Assembly (NCBI GenBank): GCA_964016885.1
Contig: OZ024750.1
Span: 22,382,001-22,446,000, forward strand
DNA length: 64,000 bases
Direction of reading: 5' to 3'
From: Eledone cirrhosa
Lineage: Eukaryota
Shown: one piece after another, positions 53,073-64,000 of the stretch
How the letters are laid out: every line of letters starts with the position of its first letter
Position numbering within the stretch: position 1 is the first letter of the stretch
The notes under the pieces: model-generated
Seen by the model: only the letters and a program-made list of their open reading frames with translations
Databases searched by the model: none
Told to the model about the DNA's origin: nothing
Position numbers and translations under genes: made by a program

Positions 53073-53688
53073 GCGCAAATATATTATATAATAACTTAGC
53101 ACTATACATCGTTGGAATAATACGGAGGGCAAACAGGTAGAAAAATATCTCGTTACCTCACTACCACCATCATCATCATCATCATCATCATTAACAACAC
53201 CATCATTATTATCAACACCATCCCCAACACCACCTTCATCTCCATTACTTTGTTCGCCATTTTCTTCTTCTTCATTAGTTTCCCCACCATCCCTCGAATC
53301 CTCGTCTACCACATCCTAGACGTGTCACGTTTCTCGTCAAATTTCAAGGACTACGTGTGGCATTGTACCATCACTATGTCTTCCAAAGTTAATAATACTA
53401 AATGGTATTGTTGATGGTGGTGGTGGTGGAGTCACTGGAGGTCACTAGGTCAATAGGTCACCATGTCATTCCTCCTAACACAAATATTGGAGTTTATGTT
53501 AGGGGTTACCCTCTTATCCGCCCTCATACAGCTCATGTATTTCCTAAAAGAGTGGACATGAATAAAATGATTGAATCAATGTGACTGCTTCCCGAGGTTC
53601 TATTAAAACCACGGACGCTGCCTTTTCCTTCAGGCTACAACAATAAACCAATAAAAAGCGTGTTAAGACCAGTGCTAAACATTTATAT

Positions 53689-53759
<71 letters not shown>

Positions 53760-53760
<1 letters not shown>

Positions 53761-53940
53761 CGAAGGAAATGTGGTAAGGAACCAGGTGGACCATAACGCA
53801 CCAAAGTACTCAATACTTAGGGTAGTAGAGTGGGTAATAGGAACAAGTAAGACCTCGACGGCTGAGCTCAAGCCGTTTCGACGGCTAATTCAGAATTAGC
53901 CGTCGAAACGGCTTGAGCTCAGCCGTCGGGGTCTTACTTG

Positions 53941-53975
<35 letters not shown>

Positions 53976-54146
53976 ATTTAAAACTGCACTATCCACAAGT
54001 GTTTTTTAACCTTCATATCATGTCTTCCTATTTTATCTGATGAAAACACAAATGTTATTGCATGATGATATTTGTTTTTGAAATGCGCATAATAAAATAC
54101 ATGGAACTCTTTTAACCATCTTTTGATCTTATATCTTATATATATA

Positions 54147-54235
<89 letters not shown>

Positions 54236-54661
54236 AAGTGTATGGTAAAATACCAGGTGGACCATAACCCACCAGAGTACTCGATACTTAGGGTAGTAGA
54301 GGGGGTAGTATGAAAAGATTCAGGACCCTGACGGCTGAGCTCCGGCCGTTTCGACAGCTTGATAAGTTCAGCTAGATTCCTGCCATTCGAAGACCGGCGT
54401 TTCAGCTCGTCGGATCTAGCTGTCGAAACTGCTGGAGCTCAGCCGTCGGGGTCCTGAATCTTTTCATGTACACACACACACACACACACACACATGTATA
54501 TATATATATATAGTAGTAATAGGTAGGTAAAATATCCAAGGTAAAGAGCAACTCAAGTCCGTAGGGCGAGTTTGGATATAATTATTAAAGCCAGTTATTA
54601 CAACGGCGCCATACCAGCTACATACGTTTCGTTAGTCCTGAGGACCAACCTGTTCAAGCTG
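53760..54661. mobile_element. Cluster of (TA)n-embedded fold-back elements with hammerhead-like cores (probable Penelope-like pseudo-LTR remnants)
   Basis: Inverted repeats 53841-53943 and 54310-54467; GAAAC-stem-GTC motifs; a near-complete hammerhead fold on the minus strand at 54661-54615. Confidence 0.55.
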
Positions 54662-55024
54662 TGACCATGAAAATGAACCGGAAAATATTTACTATAAAAG
54701 AAAAATACAGAAAAATAGTGAAAGAGAGAAGAGTTCCAAAACCAATGGCAGATAATCTGGATGATCTAAAGGAGACAAATTGATCGAAAAAGCGCAATCA
54801 AACGCTAAATTAGCTAATAGATATGAGGGACCTAGAAAAAAATAGATAAACTAAGAAAGATATAAATCAATATTAAGGAGGCCAGTTCTTTAAAAGGTAC
54901 TTAGAAACATGAGAACATCGCAAAAAGAACTCTGTACATGTGTTCAGTGGTCTGTTATTGTTGTGGAGATTATTCAAAATCCACTGGACTCTAGAATTGA
55001 GCTAGTTCTTTATTTTATCGACCT

Positions 55025-55612
55025 CGAGAGGATTAAAGGCAAATTTGACCGTAGTGAGATTTGAACCCAGACTCGAGAGGATGAAAGGCTAATTTGACCG
55101 TAGTGAGATTTGAACCCAGACTCGAGAGGATGAAAGGCAAATTTGATCCAAGTGAGATTTGAGCCCAGACTTGAGAGGATGAAAGGCAAATTTGACCCAA
55201 GTGAGATTTGAACCCAAACTCGAGAGGATGAAAGGCTAATTTGACCGTAGTGAGATTTGAACCCAGACTCGAGAGGATGAAAAGCAAATTTGATCCAAGT
55301 GAGATTTGAGCCCAGACTTGAGAGGATGAAAGGCAAATTTGACCCAAGTGAGATTTGAGCCCAGACTCGAGAGGATGAAAGGCAAATTTGACCCAAGTGA
55401 GATTTGAACCCAGACTCGAGAGGATGAAAGGCAAATTTGATCCAAGTGAGATTTGAGCCCAGACTTGAGAGGATGAAAGGCAAATTTGACCCAAGTGAGA
55501 TTTGAACCCAGACTCGAGAGGATGAAAGGCAAATTTGACCCAAGTGAGATTTGAACCCAGACTCGAGAGGATGAAAGGCAAATTTGACCCAAGTGAGATT
55601 TGAACCCAGAGT
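55025..55612. repeat. 49-bp tandem array (about 12 copies) of a SINE B-box segment
   Basis: Unit GAGGATGAAAGGCAAATTTGACCCAAGTGAGATTTGAACCCAGACTCGA. Confidence 0.95.
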
Positions 55613-55967
55613 GCAGGGAGCCGGATCAAACAGCCACAACATATTCTATCCGAATCTCAAATGACATCGTCGCCTCTGTTTAAGCAGACTTATAATCAAA
55701 TATATATATACGATATAATACAAATAATAATATAACAGAAACAGATATGTACTATATGTTAAAAAAAAATGTGCAATGGATTTCCTACTACTACTACTAC
55801 TACTGCCGCCGCCGTCATCATCACCATTATCATCCCCATCATCATTATCACCACCATCATCATCATCATTATCACCACCACTATCATTATCCCCACCACT
55901 ACCAGCAGCGTCGGCAGCAACATCAGCAGTTGTAATGATTCTGATCGAATAATTTGGGGTTGTGTGT

Positions 55968-56012
<45 letters not shown>

Positions 56013-56792
56013 GGAGAGAAAGAAAGAGAGAGTGTGTGTGTGTGTGTGTGTGAAGAAAATAAGGAGAAAGAGAACGAGAGGGAACGTGAAAGAAGAGAGA
56101 CAAGGAGTGGAAATAAGGGGGGAGAGAGAGAGAGAGAGAGGGAGAGAGAGAGAATAATGAGAGAGAGAGAGAAATAAGGAGAATGAGAGAGGGGAATAAG
56201 GAGAATGAGAGAGGGGAATAAGGAGAAAGAGATAGGGGGAATAAGGAGAGAGAGAGAGGGAAGAAAGGGTGGGTGAGTGAGGAAGAGAGGGTGAGAGATA
56301 AGTTTTTTTTCCCTAACCATTGTTAAGAAAGCAGTGAGTGTGTAAGCTAATATTTTCTGGGTTAATTATTTAGAAAACAGGCGAAAACATTCAGTGATAT
56401 TCACGGTAAATCTTTTAGCGGTAAATTGTCTTCAAATAAATCAGAGAAATATGTTTGTAATGAAGTGAATTATGTTGCAAGAAAACATTACTTTTGTTAT
56501 GAGGGCAAAGAAATGTTTTATTATTATTTAATAACAATTTTTTTATGTTGGTAGTGATAGTGGTGCTGGTTGTCGGTGGCTTTGTTGAATCTGAAGTGAC
56601 AGAAACTGCAAATGCATTCGGTATAATTTGTTGTTGCCACATCACGTAATATAGACAATAAACAAAGGTCTTCTATTCCACAAATTTCAATTAAATTATG
56701 TAATCAACATTTCGAAGATATCTGAGTGTTGGGTAGGTTTGACATTCTCAGAAAATGTAGTAATTTTCTTAGTGTGATTAAAGCAAAACCTA

Positions 56793-57312
56793 CAGGGTGG
56801 TCTTGTCACCCCCTACCAAAAAGTAATGAGAAACAGTTTGTTTCCATCTCAGTATCGTCCTCTTCGGAGGAGCTGGTTTGCCGAATCTTGCAGTGAAGTC
56901 ATGTCGCACATCCTCCATGCTCTTGCCAGAATGCACACGATCATATGTCCATACATTTGCAAGCAGCCTCTCTTCCAAACTGTAGGAGCTCTTGTCAACC
57001 ATTTGAAATAGAAAATTATGTTATTATTATTATAGATTATAATTAATTGTTTCTACTTTTGGCACACGGCCAGCAATTATCCTTGTGTATTACTGGTACT
57101 TTATTTTATCGACCCCGTAAGGATGAAAGGCAAAGTTAACCTAGGCGGGATTTGAACTCAAACCGAAAAGGGCTGTAAATCTTTGCTGCAAAGCATGGCG
57201 TCCGACCCTCTTACGATACTGCCAATCCGATATTATATATTATATTATTAAAACAAAAAATAATGAAAGTTAAAACAATATGTAGGGATGACAAGACTTT
57301 CGGACCACCCTG
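56793..57312 (-). mobile_element. Internally deleted Tc1/mariner-superfamily DNA transposon
   Basis: TA-flanked TIRs CAGGGTGGTC.../...GACCACCCTG; N-terminal HTH ORF starting at 57002 (YSLEERL...VRHDFTARFGKPAPPKRTILRW), with no DDD/E domain. Confidence 0.85.
57043..57225 (-). mobile_element. SINE family A inserted within the mariner remnant
   Basis: Reverse complement of the family A consensus. Confidence 0.85.
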
Positions 57313-57569
57313 TAGGTTCGTCAGTATTCCAAACTATTAACTTCAAATTGTTTCATTTTTGAGAATGAAAGCGTGTCATGGACGCAGCTTTTCCTCTGGA
57401 TGAGTAGGGAGGGGAGTTCGATATCGATCAATTTGGGGATTACGGTGTTAGATTGTACACCTCTCCAAATAACTGAACTTATCGAACTCTTCCATGAATT
57501 GTCTTGACATCTATCAGTAAACAGGTCAGACTGGCAGAGCTACCTGGTCAGTTACTGTACATTCTAGCA

Positions 57570-58133
57570 AAAATATCGAATCGTCAAAAGGGAGGTAAGT
57601 GTAAAAGCCAAACTCGCTATCTTTAATTCGGTGTACGAACCTTTTTTTGGAGTAATGACCAGAAGAATACGATTGCAAACACAAGCGGCCGAGATGAGGT
57701 TCCTCCGAAGAGTCTTTGGTGTTATGTTACTCGAAAGTGTGCATTGCTTAGAGATTATGAAATTGTTCAAGGTAGAACCACAACTTGTCCGAATTGAGAG
57801 ATCACAGCTCCGGTACTACGAATATGAAGTTAGACTATCTAAGGAAAGAATCGCTAGTCAGATTTTACGAGCAAAGCTAATCGACAGGAGACGCAGAGGT
57901 AAAGCCCGAGCAAGATGGATGGATAACATCCATAAACACAATTGGTTTCGCTTGGGGATCCAGCGATCCCCAAGCGACAGTTGCTTGTACACGGCCTTTA
58001 TTTGGAGACGGTTGATTCTGGCAGGACCCTCAAGAAGGCGTATCTGAAGACTCTACCTCGCAAACCGTCCCTCAGGAATATGTAGGCGAAGAAGAAGAAG
58101 AAGAAGAAGAAGAAGAAGAAGAAGAAGAAGAAG
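57570..58133 (+). mobile_element. RTE-type LINE 3' fragment with (GAA)n tail
   Basis: QAAEMRFLRRVFGV..VEPQLVRIERSQLRY..RRRGKARARWMDNI followed by (GAA)n. Confidence 0.87.
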
Positions 58134-58773
58134 GGTCTTAGATGCAATGGTTGTGGAGTCAAGAAGTTAAGATCTTCCCTTCTCAGTGAAGTGTTTTGGG
58201 GTTGGATCCGACCGCATGGCAACTTAAGCAAATGTTTTATACCAGTGAGTTTTATTCTAGTGAGTGAAATTTGGTAGACGGAAACTGTGTGGAAGCCTGT
58301 TGGAGTGACCGTGCCTATCCTTGAGTTATAGTCTTCATCCATCGCTCAGTTTAATACAATCACCATGACCTGGCACGTATGAGTCCACTTTTCTGAAAAA
58401 ATTCAGGTTTGCTCTCTGGTTCGAGGTTAGCCCCCCCACACACACACACACACTCTCCCTCACCAATCATGGGACGCCATGAAAAGATGTCATGGACGCC
58501 GTCTTTCTTCGTCTGACTGAGTCAATAAAAGGAAAAACGAGAAATACAACTTGATGAAAGATGATCCCGATGAAAAGTTCCTGGAAAATATATCTCACCA
58601 CCACCACCACCACTACCACCAACACCACTCTGTCACCACCACTACTACCATCACCGCCACTACCATCAACAACACTCTACCACCACTACCACCACTACCA
58701 CCACCATTATTATTATTATTATTATTAATGTACGATCAAATGATGGCAGTGACTGATGGATCAGAAGAATATG

Positions 58774-58835
<62 letters not shown>

Positions 58836-58949
58836 ATATATCTAAGAAGAAAATAACGAACCAGCCAAAGTTCTGGCAAAAAAACAAACAAACAAACGAC
58901 AACAAAAACTGTTATTTATATCCTCTTGTCTTAACAGTCAACAGTGTGA

Positions 58950-60175
58950 ATTCTTAACATCCTGTAATGATTTAGCAGGAAATATAAAAAAATCGGTTTG
59001 TTAATTCAAATGTTATAGTATATTTACTGGTGGACAGATTGTTGTAAACATTGCCACGCGTAAAGACGTTAATTTTTAATTGTTTCTACTCTTGGCACAA
59101 GGCCAGCAATTACTCCAGTGCATTACTGGTGATTTATTTTATCGACCCCGTAAGAATGAAAGGCAAAGTTAACCTCGGCGGGATTTGAACTCAGAACGTA
59201 ATGGCCATAATTCTATACTGCAAAGCCTGGTGTCTGACACTCTACCGATTCTGGTTGATTTTTAATCCTCGCGAATGTTTTGTTAATGTGGTTTCATGTA
59301 GTTTGTTAACTCAAATGTTTATAATATCTTTACTAGTGGACGGATCGTGGTGAAAATTCGTATTATTTGGGTAAAGACTTTAATTTTAAATGTGATACAG
59401 TTACAGTTTTGTTTTGTATTTTTCAAAAAAGTCTTGTTTTTGCGGTTTCATGTGGTGCAGGATGTTTAGAGTTAATAGATATATTTTATTGAACCTGAAG
59501 TTATGAATGGCTAATTACTCTGACAGGACTGTGATTTGACTTGGGAAGGTTTATGACAAAACCTACTTGTTAATTCAAATGTTTATAATATCTTTATTAG
59601 TGGACAGATCATTGCGAACATTTTCAGTAAAAACGTTAATATTTAATGTAATGCTGTCTAGTGTTGTTTTGTACTTCTGAAGAATGTCTTCCTAATGCAA
59701 TTTCATGTGATACAGGACGTTAAGAGTTAAAAGAAATAAACATATGTAACCTTTTCCTCCACTTCACAAAACTCCGACATGGATATCCAGAATTGAAGAG
59801 AGAATAGCGAAGATGTTTGGAAATAACTTGATAAGAACATGTTTAAATGCGCTAATAATTCACTTGGAAAAAAAAATGTCTATTCAAGCCTTACAGATAT
59901 ATTTAGTAATCATTTTTTAAATCGTAAATTATATATTTAAGTTAATCATGCAAATTTATATAAAACCGTCTTTCTTTACCTCTTAACGTTCTGTACCACA
60001 CGAAATCGCATAGCAAGACATTCTTGAACAGTACAAAACAGAACTATGACAGCATTACATTAAAAATGTAAGTCTTTAGTTTACTGCAAAATTTCACCAT
60101 GATGTGTTCACTATAAACATTTGAATTAACAAAGCAGTTTTAAGATATTTTCAGCTAAATCCATACAGAGTTAAT
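58950..60175. mobile_element. Cluster of TTAA-bounded repeat copies, family 3 (both orientations)
   Basis: Repeated TTAATTCAAATGTTTATA...GTGGACAGATC...TTTCATGTG; inverted copy at 59983-60174; relatives at 7320-7520, 38330-38420, 38690-38822. Confidence 0.6.
59078..59255 (-). mobile_element. SINE family A
   Basis: Reverse complement of the family A consensus. Confidence 0.85.
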
Positions 60176-60717
60176 GTTTAGTAATGCACCTATCTAAGAT
60201 CTGCGCCCTCGGTAGCTTCCGAGTTAACCTAATGAAAGCGCCAGCCCTATATATACTGAAACGACACAAACAAGTTAAGTTAAAAGTTTTCTAGGTAAAG
60301 GGTAAGATGTTTAACATACTAGGTTAAATGTTCCCAATAACTTATCGTCTGTCTGTCTTCTATAGAGCCTTTAAACTTTAAAGGTAGGTTTTTGACTGAA
60401 GCAGACGACCACATATCTTTACTTATGTCTTCACTCTTTTGTAGGGAAAGGTATATTTATCTTTCGTTTTCCAGAATATTCTTGCAATTCTAATAACTCA
60501 GCTACGACAATGTTGTATTATAGAAACTATTTATCTGACAGGATGATATGTGGCAGGGAGAACAGAAAGTAGAGAATAGAGAAAAGGAAGACAGGTAAAG
60601 ATGGGATGTGTTTTTCTGCGTGCCTAAATGAGTATCGTCTGCCTTAGTAGTGTGTTTTTGTGAGCGATAGATAGATAGAGAAGTGAGTGAGTGAGAGTGA
60701 GAACGAGGAAAGAGGAG

Positions 60718-60813
<96 letters not shown>

Positions 60814-61312
60814 AAAGAGTAGCATTGCATTGGTCGGGTACAAAATATTCTGGCTGAATCTTGACTGTTTAGAAACGAATATGGGTGAACGCGCGTGCTT
60901 GCGTGTACATGTGTGTATGTGTGTGTATTTTTGTGTTTGGTATATAATGTATGCGAGAGGGAATGAGATGGAAAAAAAGGGAAAAAAGTAAGACAAAGGG
61001 AAAGAAAGAGATGGGGATAGAAAGAAAGGGAAATAGCAATGAAAAGAGAAAGAGAAGTGTGAAGGATAGAACAAAGAGGAAAAGTACGAAAGAGATAGAT
61101 AGGTAGATAGATAAATAGATAGAGATAGATAGATAGCTAGGTATATAGATAGATATATTTCTTTATTAGCCACAGGGGCACAAAAGAAGGGGACAAATAC
61201 AAAGGGGGAAGTTTACATACAATAAAAACGTGTAAAATGTTATCACAGATGGAATTTAAAAGTTAGTCGATTTTCCCCAATAGAGGGAGACAGTATATAG
61301 GTATATAGATAG

Positions 61313-61397
<85 letters not shown>

Positions 61398-62765
61398 GAG
61401 AGTGGGGGAAGGTAGTGAAAAGAGTTCTATTGCAGAAAGGGGTTTTTAGAACAGCCTGAGCTGTATATCCTACAAACTGACTTGTACTCCAAGGTGAACG
61501 ATGTAACTTAAAAATATGAATAAAATGTTTATAATTATGTGTGTGGAGGGGGAATTGTATGCTTATGGACACCTAAATGAAAAATCTATGTTGTTGTTCA
61601 TATGGGCTATGTCGGCTGCAAGCCAGGGTCTCATTGTCAGGGTTGGTGCTACCATTACAGCCAACTATGGAGCCGTCTAGGGCGCACACGCTAGAGAGGC
61701 GCATTGCTGGGCCTTAAAATATCACAGTTTTATACAAATTTGTATAATTAAATAAAATATATAAATCGCTAAACTAAACATCTTTACTGCGTAGTCAGGT
61801 TCGGCGCTACAATTAAGATCAACTAGGCAACTATCTTGGGTCTTTGTCGCGTAGCAACTCTATGGAAATATCCAAAGCAGTGGAAGGGGTTTTATGATGT
61901 TATGACATGTAACATGATTTGGTGTTGGTGAGTGTGGACTGTGTAGTGGAAAACGTAGGCTTAGTAATGCTTTTAGTGTGATCAGAGCAAAAGGTATCAA
62001 AAACTAGCTTCGTCAGCTTACCAAACTTTAAATTGAAATTATTTTATTTTGGAGAATGGAACGCATAACTGAGAGAAGGAGTTGCACAGGATAGAGCTAG
62101 CCCCGGGCTTTAAATACTCAAAGGTTGGCCGTCACGTTTTAGATAAATATTAAAATATAGCCATGAAATACATTTCGGTCAAAATTTAGAATGTTGTAAT
62201 TGTTATAAAATACGTTTTTTTTGTGTGTGTGTCATCACTTCTGTTTCAGAAGCTGGCACGGATCAATACTGGATTCTCAACATCCTTCTATGTGTTGGTA
62301 GGCCTACATTAATGTATTTTAAATGTTCATTATATTTCTAGCAAGTTGCTTTAATCTGCTCCTGTCTTTTGGGTGTCACTGCTGTTTTAGAGGTCGGCGT
62401 ACTTATAATTTTCATGAATTTCTTTTTTATTTGTGGTTGGGTGCTGGGGTCCCAAAATACTTTCTAGTTCAGGGTCCCTAGTTGTTTTATTCTTGCCCTG
62501 CTGGTAAATCATGATCAAGCGAAACTCTTTAAAGACATTTCGTGTTGTTAATGTATTTATTTTATGATTGTTGCCTCCTGGTCCCAGTTGAGTGAGGGGG
62601 TGATGCGCTAAAAAAAGAAGTTCAATCCACTGGGCATATTCTTGCGAATGACCGTCTCCACGATCTCATTAAGTAGAGAGGTGGTTCAAGTAGATATGAT
62701 CAAAAGCTCATTCCAGTGGTAAATATCCTGCCGATATATGGAGAACAATATTATTTAATATACCT

Positions 62766-63148
62766 GGCGGTGGATTGGCAGTATCGGGAGAGAGTCGGAC
62801 ACCATGCTTTGAAGCATAGAGTTACGTCCCTTTATGATCTGAGTTCAAATCCCGCCGAGGTTAACTTTGCCTTTCATCCTTACGGGGTCGATAAAATAAA
62901 GTACCAGTAATGTACTGGATAATTGCTGGCCTTGTGCCTAAAATAGAAACAATTATTTAATATACCTGGCAGCATCGGTAGAGGGTCGGACGCCATGCTT
63001 TGCAGCATAGAGTTACGGCCCTTTGCAGTCTGAGCTCAAATCCCGCCGAGGTTAACTTTGCCTTTCATTCTTACGGGGTCGAAAAAATAAAGTACCAGTA
63101 ATTCACTGGAATAATTGCTGGCCTTGTGCCAAAAATAGAAACAATTAT
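62766..63148 (+). mobile_element. Head-to-tail dimer of SINE family A
   Basis: Two full copies (62766-62955, 62968-63148), separated and flanked by ATTATTTAATATACCT. Confidence 0.88.
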
Positions 63149-63876
63149 TTAATATACCTTTTTTTTTCCTAGTGTAGTTCACCAGGCTGGGCTGCATAAA
63201 AATGGACATCCGTCGGTTCCAACGACGAATGTTCGAACAACGGAAAAGCCAGTTCACAAAATCTGTATTTTAGGCTCCATTCTAGCACAATTCGTTACAC
63301 ATTGAATATTAAGTGTCACTTTTTATGTAATTGATCCATCAACCTTGCGGTAGAGTGTGATTGGATGGAGACTTGGCTCTTATTTCTAGTCAATCGGGCA
63401 ACCTCACAGAGGCTCTGTTGTTGACTTACCAATGAATTTGTATCTCTATAATCAAGCACACACACACACGCGCGCGCGTGTGTGTGTGTGTGTGTGCATA
63501 TTTATACACGCACACAAACACAGATAAAGAGAGATACACACATATATACATAAACATATTAGATTCCGGGTTTGATCCGACCTGCGTGACATTTTGAGCA
63601 AGTGTCATCTGCCATGGCCTTGGGTCTACCCGAGCCTTGTGAGTGAAATTAGGTAGACGAAAACTGTTTAGAAACCTGTCAAATGGGCTGTACCTGTAAT
63701 TCAAAACAGACCAACCTTGCCACACATTATGTTATGCTGAATTCCCCGTGTCTGTGGCATGCTCAGCTACTAACACTTGAATTCATAGATTGGACAACTA
63801 GGACACTCATTGTCGAAACCGACGACGGTACGTTCGTGTACAAAAAAAAAAAATAGTATATATATTATATATATAT

Positions 63877-64000
<124 letters not shown>

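Noticed and set aside
53158-53315. Acidic peptide VDEDSRDGGETNEEEENGE...DDDGGSE followed by a GTAAC donor on the minus strand
   Set aside because: Poor acceptor context, trinucleotide-repeat composition and no partner exons identified. It cannot be excluded without RNA data.
55010-55642. ~200-aa ORFs on the minus strand
   Set aside because: Products of a 49-bp repeat cycling through frames.
55646-56320. His-, Asp/Gly- and Glu/Arg-rich ORFs
   Set aside because: Composite trinucleotide and dinucleotide repeats; possibly UTR-like but no supportable gene.

Overview
AT-rich, microsatellite- and SINE-laden animal genomic DNA. The repeat landscape suggests an octopod cephalopod (inference). Two divergently oriented intron-containing genes can be assembled by hand, with GT-AG junctions and consistent phases. 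(1) A calcium-responsive transcription factor (CaRF/CARF) orthologue on the minus strand: 12 coding exons, 16269..4813, about 748 aa; the last exon is less certain. (2) CDC6 on the plus strand: 10 coding exons, 32415..41894, 528 aa, with a probable non-coding first exon and an E2F/CCAAT/E-box promoter near 30.1-30.25 kb. The remainder, notably 42-64 kb, is repeats: at least four tRNA-derived SINE families, RTE- and CR1/L2-type LINE fragments, TTAA-flanked piggyBac-type MITEs, an internally deleted Tc1/mariner element, minisatellites and (TA)n tracts. Most ORFs in the track are repeat artefacts. Two observations stand out. The first is a set of (TA)n-embedded fold-back elements carrying hammerhead-ribozyme-like cores, probably Penelope-like pseudo-LTR remnants. 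The second is that four separate tandem arrays each appear to have grown out of a defined piece of a SINE or LINE.
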